Shown here in pieces: positions 19,051 through 28,991 of a stretch of DNA of 64,000 nt (positions are counted from its first letter, which is position 1; each line of letters starts with the position of its first letter). The position numbers and the translations under genes are program-made. Below the pieces are notes generated by a model that searched no databases, was not told the DNA's origin, and was given only the letters and a program-made list of their open reading frames with translations. Source of the DNA: an uncultured Gemmatimonadales bacterium (lineage in GTDB: Bacteria > Gemmatimonadota > Gemmatimonadetes > Longimicrobiales > Longimicrobiaceae); contig OY970303.1 in NCBI GenBank assembly GCA_963716255.1, forward strand, positions 2,432,001 through 2,496,000, in the 5' to 3' direction.

Positions 19051-19812
19051 TTGCCTTTCCTGCCCGCCGTCCGCCCGTTCCTGCTCGCCGTGGCGACGCT
19101 CACCCCGGTGCGCGCGCCGCTGCGCGGCGAGGCCGCGCCGGAGGATCTGCGCGCGGCGACGGCGTTCTACCCGCTGGTGGGGCTGCTGGTGGGGACGCTG
19201 CCGGCGCTGGCGCTCCTGCTCCCGCTCCCGCCGGTCCCGGTGGCGACGGTGGCGCTCGCGGCGTGGGTGCTGGCCACCGGGGCGCGGCACCTGGCCGGGT
19301 CGGCGGAGTGCTGCGACGCGGCCTTCGCGCCGCCGCTGGCGAGCGCCGCGGCCACGCGCGAGCGGCGGCTGGGAATCCTCCGCGACCCGCGACTGGGCGC
19401 CCACGGCGTCGTGGGCATTGGACTGCTGCTGCTGGGCAAGTGGACGGCGCTGGTGTACGCCACCCCGATCGCGCCGCTGCTGGCGGCCCCGGTCGCGCGC
19501 TGGGCCATGGTGCACGCGCTCCGCGCGCACCCCGCAGCGCGCGTGGATGCCACGGGCGCCGCGGTCGCCGGCCACGGGCGGCTGTGGACCGCCACGGGCG
19601 TGCTCATGGCCGTGGTCCTGCCGCTCGTCGGCACGTCGGGCGAACCGCTGCGCCTGGCGCTGGTGGTGATCGCGGGCGCCGCCGCCGCGCTGCTCGCGGG
19701 CGAGTGGCTGGCCCGGCGCTTCGGCGGCGTCTCGGGCGCCGTGTGCGGCGCCCTGGCCGAAGCGGCGGAGCTGGCCGCGCTCTGGGTGTTCGTGCCGTGG
19801 GGGTACGCGTGA
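19051..19812 (+). CDS. cobS: Cobalamin synthase CobS-like membrane protein with divergent motifs
   Basis: FYPLVGLLVG, TGARHLAG..ECCD, LRDPRLGAHG, RRFGGVSGAVCGA; start uncertain (TTG 19051). Confidence 0.8.
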   Translation: MPFLPAVRPFLLAVATLTPVRAPLRGEAAPEDLRAATAFYPLVGLLVGTLPALALLLPLPPVPVATVALAAWVLATGARHLAGSAECCDAAFAPPLASAAATRERRLGILRDPRLGAHGVVGIGLLLLGKWTALVYATPIAPLLAAPVARWAMVHALRAHPAARVDATGAAVAGHGRLWTATGVLMAVVLPLVGTSGEPLRLALVVIAGAAAALLAGEWLARRFGGVSGAVCGALAEAAELAALWVFVPWGYA

Positions 19813-19899
19813 CCCCGCAGGGAGCCGCGCGCCCAGCCGGAGCGAGCACGCCCCGCCGCACGCCGAAGCCCGACCCCGGCGCCAGCCGGGGGCACGCCC
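19806..19899 (+). repeat. Family A copy 2, internally deleted or degenerate
   Basis: CGCGTGA 5' end and intact 3' part GCCGAAGCCCGACCCCGGCGCCAGCCGGGGGCACGCCC. Confidence 0.75.
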
Positions 19900-19918
19900 G
19901 AACCCGCAGTTGCCGTCC

Positions 19919-21004
19919 ATGATCCGTCCCCGTCCCGAGATCACGAACACGCCCCCCGTGCCGCACGGCGGTCTGCAGGCGAGCAGCGGCCCGCGGACCC
20001 CCGTGCGCGTGGACTTCAGCGTGTCCATGAACGCCTTCGGGCCCGCGCCCATCGTGCTGGAGGCCATCCGCGCCGCGCGGCCGGACGTGTACCCGGACCC
20101 GCAGTCCATCGCCCCGCGCCGCGCCGCCGCGCGCCGCTGGGGGAGGGCGCCCGAGGAGATCGCCTTCGGGGCCGGGGCGGCGGAGCTGCTGCACGCGCTC
20201 TGCTTCGCCTTCGTCCGCCCCGGCGACACCGCGCTGATCCCCAACCCCACCTTCGGCGAGTACGCGCGCGCCGTGGGCCTCTGCGGCGGGCGGGTGCTCC
20301 AGGGGATCGCCCCGCCCCCGGCGTACGCGCTGGACACGGAGGAGATCGCCGCGGCCGTGGTGCAGCACCGCCCGCGGATGGTGTTCCTGTGCGCGCCCAA
20401 CGACCCCACCGGCCAGCCCTTCCCGCGCGACGAGCTGCGCCGCGTGGCGGACGCCGCCGCCGCCGCCGGGACGCTGCTGGTGCTGGACCAGTCGTACGAC
20501 GGCTTCGTGCGCGAGCCGCTGGGCACGCCCGCGCTCCCCGGGCACCCGGCCGTGATGCACCTGCGCTCCCTCACCCGGGAGCACGCGCTGGCCGGGGTGC
20601 GCGCGGGGTTCGCGGTGGGGCCGGAGTCCATCGTCCGCGCGCTGGAGCGGGGGCGCCCGCCCTGGCCCGTCTCCACGGTGGCGCAGGCCGCCGCGGTGGC
20701 CGCCCTCACCGACGCGGGGACGGCCCACGTGGCGGAAACGACCGCGCGGCTGCGCTTCGAGCGCGAGCTGCTGGAGGCCGCGTTCTCGCGCCTGCGCCTC
20801 CCCACCGTGCGCAGCGCGACGCACTTCCTGCTCGCCGCCGTGGGCGACGCCGCCGCGCTCGCGGAGCGCCTGCGCGGGGAGCACGCGCTGCGGGTGCGCG
20901 ACTGCGCCTCCTTCGGCCTGCCGGGGCACGTGCGCGTGGCCGCCCGCACCCCCGCCGAGAACAACGTGCTGGTGGCCGCGCTGGAGGCCGCGTGCTCCGC
21001 CTGA
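19919..21004 (+). CDS. cobD: CobD/HisC-like class I/II aminotransferase-fold protein
   Basis: VPHGG, DFSVSMNAFG, YPDP, PTFGEY, PNDPTG, RSLTREHALAGVRAG, RDCASFG. Confidence 0.8.
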   Translation: MIRPRPEITNTPPVPHGGLQASSGPRTPVRVDFSVSMNAFGPAPIVLEAIRAARPDVYPDPQSIAPRRAAARRWGRAPEEIAFGAGAAELLHALCFAFVRPGDTALIPNPTFGEYARAVGLCGGRVLQGIAPPPAYALDTEEIAAAVVQHRPRMVFLCAPNDPTGQPFPRDELRRVADAAAAAGTLLVLDQSYDGFVREPLGTPALPGHPAVMHLRSLTREHALAGVRAGFAVGPESIVRALERGRPPWPVSTVAQAAAVAALTDAGTAHVAETTARLRFERELLEAAFSRLRLPTVRSATHFLLAAVGDAAALAERLRGEHALRVRDCASFGLPGHVRVAARTPAENNVLVAALEAACSA

Positions 21005-21567
21005 CGCTGGTGCGGCACGGCGCCACGGAGTGGAACGCCGCGGGCCGCCACCAGGGGTGGAGCGACCCACCGCTCTCCGCCGAGGGCCGCGCCCAGGCCG
21101 GGGGGCTGCGCGGGCGCCTCGCCGGCGAGACGTACGACCACGTGGTGGCGAGCGACCTGCTGCGCGCCCGCGAGACCGCGCAGATCGCCCTTCCCGGCGT
21201 GGAGGTCGCGACCGACCGGCGATGGCGCGAGCTCCACTTCGGCGCGTGGGAGGGGCTGACCTCCGCCGAGTGCGCCGCCCGCGACGGCGACCTCCTCGCC
21301 CGCTGGACCGCCGACCCCGCCTCCGTCACCCCTCCGGAGGGCGAAGCGCTCGCGGAATTCGAGGCCCGCGTCGCCGCGGCGCTGGACGCGCTCCCCGCCG
21401 ACGGGAGCGTGCTGGTGGTGGCCCACGCCGGCACCATCCACGCGGCGCTCGCCCGCTGGATGGGGGTGGCGCTGCGGCAGACGCTCGCGCTGCGCATCGG
21501 CCCGTGCGGGATCACGCGGGCGGAGGTGTTCCCGGACGGACTGCGGGTGCAGTGCGTGAACGCGTGA
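20992..21567 (+). CDS. cobC: Histidine phosphatase (alpha-ribazole phosphatase-like)
   Basis: LVRHGATEWN, SDLLRARET, ELHFGAWEG, VVAHAG. Confidence 0.8.
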   Translation: MLRLTLVRHGATEWNAAGRHQGWSDPPLSAEGRAQAGGLRGRLAGETYDHVVASDLLRARETAQIALPGVEVATDRRWRELHFGAWEGLTSAECAARDGDLLARWTADPASVTPPEGEALAEFEARVAAALDALPADGSVLVVAHAGTIHAALARWMGVALRQTLALRIGPCGITRAEVFPDGLRVQCVNA

Positions 21568-21606
21568 AGGGGAGTGCGGAAGTGAACGGCTAACGGGGAT
21601 GGAGCC

Positions 21607-22092
21607 ATGAGCGGCAGCGACGACACGGCCGGGCACGAGGGGTTCCTGCGCGAGGCGATCCGCCTGTCCCGGCGCGCGCTGGAGCGCGGCGACGGCCCCT
21701 ACGGCGCCGTGCTGGTGCGCGGGGGGCGCGTGGTCCTGGCCCGCGAGAACACGGCGAGCACCCGCGAGGACGCCACCCGCCACGCGGAGATGAACCTGGT
21801 GGTGGAGGCGCAGCAGAGCTTCGGCGCCCATGCGCTGGCGGAGTGCACGCTGTACGCCAGCACCGAGCCGTGCGCCATGTGCGCCGGGGCCGTCTACTGG
21901 GCGGGGATCCGACGCGTGGTCTTCGCCTGCTCCTCCCATCGGCACGAGGCCGTCTTCGGTCCGGCGCTCGCCGTGCACGGGCGCGAGGTGCTCACCACGG
22001 CCACCCCGCCGGTGGAGACGGTGGGTCCGCTGCTGGAGGACGAGGCCGCGGAGGTGCTGGAGGAGGCCGCGCGGCGGGGCGCGGCATCCTGA
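21607..22092 (+). CDS. Nucleoside/guanine deaminase family protein
   Basis: HAE and PCAMC zinc motifs. Confidence 0.9.
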   Translation: MSGSDDTAGHEGFLREAIRLSRRALERGDGPYGAVLVRGGRVVLARENTASTREDATRHAEMNLVVEAQQSFGAHALAECTLYASTEPCAMCAGAVYWAGIRRVVFACSSHRHEAVFGPALAVHGREVLTTATPPVETVGPLLEDEAAEVLEEAARRGAAS

Positions 22093-22196
22093 CGCCCGGC
22101 GCCGCCCCGCGTTGCTCCCGGCGCCCCGCGCGCGTTATCCTCCCGCATTCCCGTGCCCCCGTGGCACCCCGCGCCCCCAGCCGACGTGAGGCAGCG

Positions 22197-23123
22197 ATGT
22201 CCAGCCCCCTCGTCCGTGCCCTGCTCGTCCCCGCGCTCCTGCTCGGCGCCGCGTGCGCGCCCCGCGCCACGGTCGCGCCCGACGACCACGCCGGCCACGC
22301 CATGCCCGCGGCCGACACGGCCCGCGCCACGGCGGTGGCCGCGCTCGACCCCACCCTCCCGGCGGGGGCCGCCGACGCGCGCGCCCGGCTCGCCGCCTCG
22401 CCGCGGCACGGCGAGTGGGCCATGGTGCGCACCGGTCCCGCCGACAGCGTCCGCGCCTGGGTCGTCTACCCGGAGCGCGCCGACAAAGCGCCCGTGGTGC
22501 TCGTGGTGCACGAGATCTTCGGCGTTTCCGACTGGATCCGCGGCGTCGCCGACCAGCTCGCCGCCGACGGCTTCATCGCCATCGCGCCCGACCTGCTGAC
22601 CATGAAGCGCGTCCCCGCCGGGCCCACCGGCGAGCCCAACCCCGATTCCGCCCGCGTGGCCATCCAGACGCTCGCCGCGGACGACGTGCACCGCCAGCTC
22701 CGCGCCGTGGCCGACTACGGCATGGCGCTCCCCGCCGCGCTCCCCACCTACGGGATCGTCGGCTTCTGCTGGGGCGGCTCCACCTCCTTCGCGCACGCCG
22801 TGCGAGTCCGCGGGCTAGGCGCCTCCGTCGTCTACTACGGCACCTCCCCCGCCCCCGCGCAGCTCGCCGCCGTGACGGCGCCCGTGCTGGGGCTGTACGG
22901 CGGGAACGACGCGCGCGTCAACGCCACCGTTCCCCCTGCCGACTCCGCCATGAAGGCGCTGCAAAAGACCTACGAGCCGCACATCTTTCCCGGCGCGGGG
23001 CACGGGTTCCTGCGCCAGCAGGACGGGCAGGCCGGCGCCAACCTGGCCGCCTCGCGCCAGGCGTGGCCGCTGACCGTCGCCTGGTTCCGCCGCCACCTGG
23101 AGCCGGGGGCCGCGCCGCGCTGA
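22197..23123 (+). CDS. Dienelactone hydrolase family lipoprotein
   Basis: HEIFG, GFCWGG, AGHGF; lipobox GAAC. Confidence 0.9.
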   Translation: MSSPLVRALLVPALLLGAACAPRATVAPDDHAGHAMPAADTARATAVAALDPTLPAGAADARARLAASPRHGEWAMVRTGPADSVRAWVVYPERADKAPVVLVVHEIFGVSDWIRGVADQLAADGFIAIAPDLLTMKRVPAGPTGEPNPDSARVAIQTLAADDVHRQLRAVADYGMALPAALPTYGIVGFCWGGSTSFAHAVRVRGLGASVVYYGTSPAPAQLAAVTAPVLGLYGGNDARVNATVPPADSAMKALQKTYEPHIFPGAGHGFLRQQDGQAGANLAASRQAWPLTVAWFRRHLEPGAAPR

Positions 23124-23155
23124 GGGCAACGGCAACGGCTTTTGACGGCGGGTTC

Positions 23156-23284
23156 GGGCGTGTCCCCGGCTGGCGCCGGGGTCGGGCTTCGGCTCCGTAG
23201 GGCTGCAAACAACGCAGCCCAACGGAGTCGAGCCCCGCGAAACTGCCCGCGGGTCTCGCCCCTTCGGGCCGAAATCCCTCACGC
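23156..23284 (-). repeat. Family A copy 3
   Basis: Reverse complement of the family A consensus. Confidence 0.9.
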
Positions 23285-23347
23285 AGATGCCCGCCCGTGC
23301 TCGACATCCAGCAGTTGGCCGGGTGAGGGCACGCCGGCGGAGACACG

Positions 23348-23383
23348 ACGAGGGGGGCGCCGCGGCCGCGGCGCCCCCCTCGT
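23348..23383. terminator. GC-rich hairpin between convergent genes
   Basis: ACGAGGGGGGCGCCGCGG/CCGCGGCGCCCCCCTCGT. Confidence 0.5.
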
Positions 23384-23407
23384 GCATCCTGCCGTCCGAC
23401 GCTTCCG

Positions 23408-23641
23408 TCAGATGTCCAGCGAGTCGTCGCCGGCCATCGCGGTGCTCGGCTCCTTGCGGAACCAGCGGATCACCATGTACACCAGCAGCCCCGCGAGCAC
23501 CAGCGGGAGGAGCCGGAAGGCGATCCCCACCAGGCCCATCGTCACGGCCAGCAGGAAGAAGACCACCTTGAGGGCGATGACCGCGAGTACGCCCACGGCG
23601 AGCCACGTGAGCAGGGTGCTGAGCAGGTTCTTGTCCTTCAT
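23408..23641 (-). CDS. Small membrane protein
   Basis: 77 aa with hydrophobic helices. Confidence 0.75.
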   Translation of the reverse strand: MKDKNLLSTLLTWLAVGVLAVIALKVVFFLLAVTMGLVGIAFRLLPLVLAGLLVYMVIRWFRKEPSTAMAGDDSLDI

Positions 23642-23851
23642 CGTCGGGGCTCCTGGAAGTTGCCGTGGATCGTTTTTTCATCCGGTCTTGAGTGCCCTAC
23701 GGAGCACCGCGGAAAAAGGTTTCAGGCCGGGCGAATGAGCCCGCGTACGCCGTCCGGCCAGCGGACCCGGGCCGCGGCAGGTGCGGCGGGGCCACACGGC
23801 GCGTATAGTGTCCACTTCCCGCAGGCGCCACCCGACGCACCGGATGCCCCC

Positions 23852-24502
23852 GTGACGCTCCGACCCCTCGCCCTCCCCTGCCTGGCCGCGCTCCTCGCCG
23901 GCGCGTGCGCCCCGGGCTCGCCCGCCGCGCCCACCGCGGCGGCGGCGCCCGTGCCGGCCGAGGCGCCGGTCCCGCCCGCGCCGGCCATCGTCCCCCGCGA
24001 GGCGTGGGGCGCCCGGCCGGCGGCGGGGCCCATGCGGCCGCACACCATCAGCCGCATCACCATCCACCACACCGCCGGTCTGCAGCGCCCCGAGCGGACG
24101 CTGGCCGACAAGCTGCGCGCGCTCCAGGAGTTTTCGCAGACGCGCAGCCCGCTGGGCGACGGGCGGATCAAGGAGCCCTGGCCCGACATCCCCTACCACT
24201 TCTACGTGGACCTGCAGGGGCAGGTCGCCGAGGCGCGCGACCTGGGCTACGCCGGCGACTCCAACACCGCGTACGACCCCGCGGGGCACCTGCTCATCGT
24301 GCTGGAGGGCAACTTCGAAGACGAGTTCGCCACCGCCCCGCAGATGGAGGCCCTGCGCCGCCTGGTCGTGTGGGCCGCCGCCCGGTGGGGCGTTCCCGCC
24401 TCGCGCATCGGCGACCACAACGACTTCGCGCAGACCGCCTGCCCGGGGCGGCGGCTGGAGCCGCTCCTCCCGGGGGTCACCCAGCTGGTGCGGGGCCGCT
24501 GA
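23852..24502 (+). CDS. N-acetylmuramoyl-L-alanine amidase (PGRP/Amidase_2) lipoprotein
   Basis: REAWGA, ITIHHT, WPDIPYHF, H..F..TACPG. Confidence 0.88.
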   Translation: MTLRPLALPCLAALLAGACAPGSPAAPTAAAAPVPAEAPVPPAPAIVPREAWGARPAAGPMRPHTISRITIHHTAGLQRPERTLADKLRALQEFSQTRSPLGDGRIKEPWPDIPYHFYVDLQGQVAEARDLGYAGDSNTAYDPAGHLLIVLEGNFEDEFATAPQMEALRRLVVWAAARWGVPASRIGDHNDFAQTACPGRRLEPLLPGVTQLVRGR

Positions 24503-25326
24503 TGGAGGCCGGGCGCATCCGCGTGGGGACCCAGGGGTGGAACTACGACGCCTGGCTCGGCGAGTTCTACCCCGAGGGGACCCGCCCCGCGGACTTCCTG
24601 GGCACCTACGCGCGCGGCTTCGAGAGCGTGGAGGTGGATTCCACCTTCTACGCCGTCCCGCCCTCCAGGAGCGTGCGCGGCTGGGCCGAGCGGACCCCGC
24701 CCGGGTTCACCCTCGCCCTCAAGCTACCCCGCGAAGTCACCCACGAGCGCCGGCTGCGCGGCGCCGAGGAAGTCACCGCCGAGTTCTTCGAGCGGGCGCG
24801 CGAGCTGGACGGCAAGCTCGGTCCCGTGCTGGTGCAGCTGGGGCCCGACTTCCTCCCCGACGAGCTCCCCGCCCTGGCCGCCTTCCTCCCCCGGCTGCCG
24901 CGCGACCTGCGCGTCGCCGTGGAGTTCCGCAGCCGCCGCTGGGTGGACCGCCGCGTCCTCCCCGGCCTCCTGTCGCTGCTCGCCGCGCACGAAGTGGCGC
25001 TGGCGCTCAGCGACGGCCCCTGGATCCCGCGCGACGTGCTGCTGGCGCTGGCCGCGCGCCCCACGGCCGGCTTCCACTACGTGCGCTGGATGGGACCCGA
25101 CCGCGCCATCACCGACCACTCCCACCTCCAGGCCGACCGCGGCGAGGAGGAGGCCGCCTGGGCCGAGGCCCTGCAGCGCACCGCGGCGCGGGGAACCGAG
25201 GTGTGGGCCTACTTCAGCAACTACTGGGCGGGGCACGCCCCCGGTTCCGCCCGCATCATGCAGCGCCTGCTCGGCCAGCAGCCCGTGGAGCCGGGCGAGC
25301 TGGGCGAGCAGACCACCCTTTTCTGA
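24502..25326 (+). CDS. DUF72 family protein
   Basis: GTQGWNYDAW, VEVDSTFY, KLPREVTH, AVEFR. Confidence 0.9.
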   Translation: MEAGRIRVGTQGWNYDAWLGEFYPEGTRPADFLGTYARGFESVEVDSTFYAVPPSRSVRGWAERTPPGFTLALKLPREVTHERRLRGAEEVTAEFFERARELDGKLGPVLVQLGPDFLPDELPALAAFLPRLPRDLRVAVEFRSRRWVDRRVLPGLLSLLAAHEVALALSDGPWIPRDVLLALAARPTAGFHYVRWMGPDRAITDHSHLQADRGEEEAAWAEALQRTAARGTEVWAYFSNYWAGHAPGSARIMQRLLGQQPVEPGELGEQTTLF

Positions 25327-25698
25327 GCCCCGGCAGAGGGCAAGCGCATTAGCGGCCGTTTCGCGGCTCAGTGAAACCGGTCGAAGTAGACAAAACGAGC
25401 ATCCGCGCCATTTTCTCACGAATGATGGCTGGCGTGTTATGAGCGCTCACGTCGCCTGGCGTGGTGGCGCGGGGACCTCGTGTTTGCGGGATCCTCGACA
25501 ACTTCGCTCCCCCGTTGTACTTTCGAAGCTCCCGGAACCATCCGAAGTCGCGCAGGGATCCCGCGCAGGCCCTTCCCGGGCCCGGCGGCTCCCGCGTCCG
25601 CGCTCCAAACCCCACATCGCCACGCCCACCGGCCCGTACGGCCGCACCGGGAGCGGCATCCCCGAAGGTCGCGCCCCCACGAGAACGGGACGAGACGA

Positions 25699-26793
25699 AT
25701 GACGAACCTGCCCGGTTCCATCTTTCCCACTCCACCGCAGCGCCCCCGCGTCCTGATCGTGGACGACGAGCCCAACATCCGCTCGCTTCTGCGCCGCGCC
25801 CTCGCCGGCGGCGGGTTCGACCTTTTCGAGGCACCGGACGGCGAGACCGCGTACGAGATCCTGCGGACGGTGGGGGCGGACGTGGTCCTGTCCGACCTGC
25901 TGATGCCCGGGATGAAGGGGACCGACCTCCTCCGCCTCGCAAAGGCACACGACGACGCGGTGGGGTTCATCATCCTCACCGGCGTGGGGACGATGGAGAA
26001 CGCCATCGAGGCGCTCCGCCTGCAGGCCGACGACTACCTCCTCAAGCCGTTCAACCTGGACGAGGTCACCCTTTCCGTGGAGCGGGCGCTCAGGCACAGG
26101 CGCCTCCTGCTGGAGAACCGCTACTACCAGGGGCACCTGGAAGGGCGCGTGGAGGAGCAGGCCCAGCAGATCGAGACGCTGTTCGTGGACGCGCTGATGA
26201 CCATCGCCAGCGCGGTGGAAGCGCGCGACGGGTACACCGGCGGCCACATCGAGCGCGTCACCCACTACGCCGTCGCCACCGGGCGGGTGATGGGGATCGG
26301 CAGGGACTCGCTGCGGCACCTGTGGGTGGCCGGGCTGCTGCACGACCTGGGCAAGGTCGCCATCCCCGACCAGATCCTGGGAAAGCCCGGGCGCCTGACG
26401 GACGAGGAGTACGAGATCATCCAGCAGCACCCCACCATCGGCGCCGCCATCCTGGAGCGCAGCCCCTTTCTCCGCCCCGCGCTCCCCGGCGTGCTGCACC
26501 ACCACGAGCGCTGGGACGGCGCCGGCTACCCGGGCGGCCTGCGCGGCGAGGAGATCTCGCTGGAGGGGCGCATCCTGGCCGTGGCCGACACCTACGACGC
26601 CATCGTCACCACGCGCCCGTACCGCGACTCCCAGCCCCCCGAGGTGGCGGTCTGCGAGATCCGGCGGTGCTCGGGATCGCAGTTCGACCCGGTGGTGGTG
26701 GATGCCTTCCTGCGTGCCCACGAAGAGGGATTCCCCGAGGAGGGCACACTTTCGCTGGTGCCTCGCCTGGAACTTGAGCCCGCCCTGGCCTGA
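25699..26793 (+). CDS. Response regulator with HD-GYP phosphodiesterase domain
   Basis: REC domain LIVDDE/DLLMPG/KPF; HDLGK; HHERWDGAGYP. Confidence 0.93.
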   Translation: MTNLPGSIFPTPPQRPRVLIVDDEPNIRSLLRRALAGGGFDLFEAPDGETAYEILRTVGADVVLSDLLMPGMKGTDLLRLAKAHDDAVGFIILTGVGTMENAIEALRLQADDYLLKPFNLDEVTLSVERALRHRRLLLENRYYQGHLEGRVEEQAQQIETLFVDALMTIASAVEARDGYTGGHIERVTHYAVATGRVMGIGRDSLRHLWVAGLLHDLGKVAIPDQILGKPGRLTDEEYEIIQQHPTIGAAILERSPFLRPALPGVLHHHERWDGAGYPGGLRGEEISLEGRILAVADTYDAIVTTRPYRDSQPPEVAVCEIRRCSGSQFDPVVVDAFLRAHEEGFPEEGTLSLVPRLELEPALA

Positions 26794-26820
26794 TCGGAAC
26801 TGATTGTGACAGAAGGGTTC

Positions 26821-26972
26821 GGGCGTGACCCCGGCTGGCGCCGGGGTCGGGCTTCGGCTCCGTAGCAGACGAAACAACCGTCTGCAACGGAGTCGAGCCC
26901 CCGCGAAAAAGCCCGCGGGGTCTCGCCCCTCCGGGCCGAAATCCCTCACGCGGGGCCCGCGCTGGCGTCCGC
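26821..26972 (-). repeat. Family A copy 4
   Basis: Reverse complement of the family A consensus; followed by a family C element at ~26980-27030. Confidence 0.9.
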
Positions 26973-27597
26973 GGGGGTGGTCCCCCTCACCCCCCGACCC
27001 CCTCTCCCCCGCAAGCGGGGGAAAGGGGGAGGACGGCAGGAGAGTCGACGGGCGGTGCGCAGGTCGCCGGGAGGGTGCGGGGGTGGTCGGAGGGAAGAGT
27101 CGGGGGTGTGGTGGTGGGAAGGGCATTGACTCTTCCCGGAGACCGCCCCCGCGCCCGACCTCCCACGCGCGGAACCCGGCAGTTAGCGCCTCGCGTGAAC
27201 CGGGTGAAGGGCAAGGATGGCGGCTCCAAGACCGCCGGGTGGGGGCGCTTTCGACGAAAGTGCCAGCGGCGTGAGTCGGGTACCGGGCGCATCTTTCATC
27301 ACCTTTCTATACATCAGTCTGGACCAACGCCCGTCACATCTACATATTCTGCAACAACTTGCGCCGGCGAAAAACAGCTGGCGTCCAGGGCTCGTCCAGT
27401 ATTCGGCGAGCCGCAGCCGGGGCCGCGGGCGCCGGAGTTTCGACGATTTTCCTTGCGCAGGTTGCCCCTGCCGCTTATACTGCGCCCCAGGTGTCACTCG
27501 ACAATAGCACACCCGGCGCGAGCCGGGGCCGCAGAGCCGGGCGTCTCCTCCGGGAGATCGGCCAGCCGCCGAAAGTGAACCTGAGATCACCCCTTCC

Positions 27598-28911
27598 ATG
27601 CCCGCCGAGCGGTCTGGGCCGGAATCCTCCTCCCGCGCGGAGAAGGATGCCCGGCGTCGCGGGAGCGTCAGCTCCGATCCGCCCGCGTCCCCCGTACATT
27701 CTCCCGACGAGCTCGCCGCCGTGCTGGCGGCGTTCGGCCGCATCTCCGAGGCGCTCACCCGCCCCGCGGAGCGCGAGAGCCTATTCCGCACCATCGCCGA
27801 GGAAGCCGCCGCGCTCCTGGCCCCCGCGTCCGCACTGGTGTGCACGCTGGAGCCGGAGGGCGACGTCCTGCGCGTCCGCATGGGGGTGGGCGCGCTCGCC
27901 CGCCACGAGGGCGAGCTCCTTCCCCTGGAAGGGAGCGTCGAGGGGCTGGCCGTCCTCACCGGCGAGCCCCGGCGGGTCCCCGACCTCGCCGCGGACCCGC
28001 ACGCGTACCGGCCGCGGGAGCGCGGCATCGCACCGGGCCCCGCGCTGGCCATTCCGCTGCGCGCCGCGGGGCGCCCCGTGGGCGTCCTCCTGCTGGCGCG
28101 GCCGGCGGGGGCGCCGCCCTTCGAGGCGCGCGACGAGGCGCGCCTGGAGATGCTCGCCGACGTCGCCGGGGCCGCGCTGGAGAACGGGCGCGCCTTCGAC
28201 GCCGCGCGGGGGAGCCGCGGCGAGCTGGAAGCGTGGCGGCGCGAGCGGGAGCTGCGCGCCTGGCTGGAGCGCTACGCCGCCGCCGCGCGGGAAACCCGCA
28301 CCGCGGTGTTCGACTGGGACCCCGCGTCCGACCGGCTCCTCTGGGGCGACACGCTGGAGCCCGCCGTGGGCTACGACCCCGGCGAGTACGCCCCCACCAT
28401 GGACGAGCTCCTGGAGCGCGTCCACGCCGAGGACCGGGAGCGCGCCACCGCCGACGTGGAGGCGGCCCGCCGCGGCGCCGGACTGCGCGCCCGCGTCCGG
28501 CTCCTGCACCGCAACGGCGCCTACCGCCTCTTCCTGCTGCACGCGCCCCCGGCCGCGTCCGGCGCCGACGACCGGGCCACCGTGGCCGGCGCCATCGAGG
28601 ACCTGACGCAGGAGGGGTGGTCGGTTTCGGGGGGGAGCGTTCCCGCGGACGCGGCGGCCCGGCAGGTGATCCGCGCGCTCCGCCACGAGATCAACAACCC
28701 GCTGGCCGTGATCCTGGGGCAGGTGCAGCTGCTGGGGCGCGAGGGCGTGGTGCAGGGCGACCCGGTGCTCCAGCACTCGCTGGACACCATCCAGGTGGAG
28801 GGGCAGCGGATCCTGGAGCTGACGCGGCGGCTGGCGGCGATGGAGCAGTCCGGCCGCATCCCCGAGATCGACGCGCAGGGCGGCTTCACGCTCCCGGAAG
28901 AAGAGGCGTAG
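27598..28911 (+). CDS. GAF-PAS-HisKA protein without an HATPase domain
   Basis: GAF-like N-terminus, PAS RVHAEDRE, H-box RHEINNPL close to the C-terminus; start uncertain. Confidence 0.8.
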   Translation: MPAERSGPESSSRAEKDARRRGSVSSDPPASPVHSPDELAAVLAAFGRISEALTRPAERESLFRTIAEEAAALLAPASALVCTLEPEGDVLRVRMGVGALARHEGELLPLEGSVEGLAVLTGEPRRVPDLAADPHAYRPRERGIAPGPALAIPLRAAGRPVGVLLLARPAGAPPFEARDEARLEMLADVAGAALENGRAFDAARGSRGELEAWRRERELRAWLERYAAAARETRTAVFDWDPASDRLLWGDTLEPAVGYDPGEYAPTMDELLERVHAEDRERATADVEAARRGAGLRARVRLLHRNGAYRLFLLHAPPAASGADDRATVAGAIEDLTQEGWSVSGGSVPADAAARQVIRALRHEINNPLAVILGQVQLLGREGVVQGDPVLQHSLDTIQVEGQRILELTRRLAAMEQSGRIPEIDAQGGFTLPEEEA

Positions 28912-28928
28912 GCGCGGAGCCGGAAAAC

Positions 28929-28969
28929 ACGGAGCGGGGCCGGGGAGGATCTCCCCGGCCCCGCTCCGT
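28929..28969. terminator. Hairpin between convergent genes
   Basis: ACGGAGCGGGGCCGGGGAG/CTCCCCGGCCCCGCTCCGT. Confidence 0.55.
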
Positions 28970-28991
28970 CCGTGCATCCCTCCCGCCGCGG

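Noticed and set aside
27030..27597. Possible c-di-GMP riboswitch or sRNA in the long intergenic region
   Set aside because: Only short hairpins; I could not find the GEMM motif.
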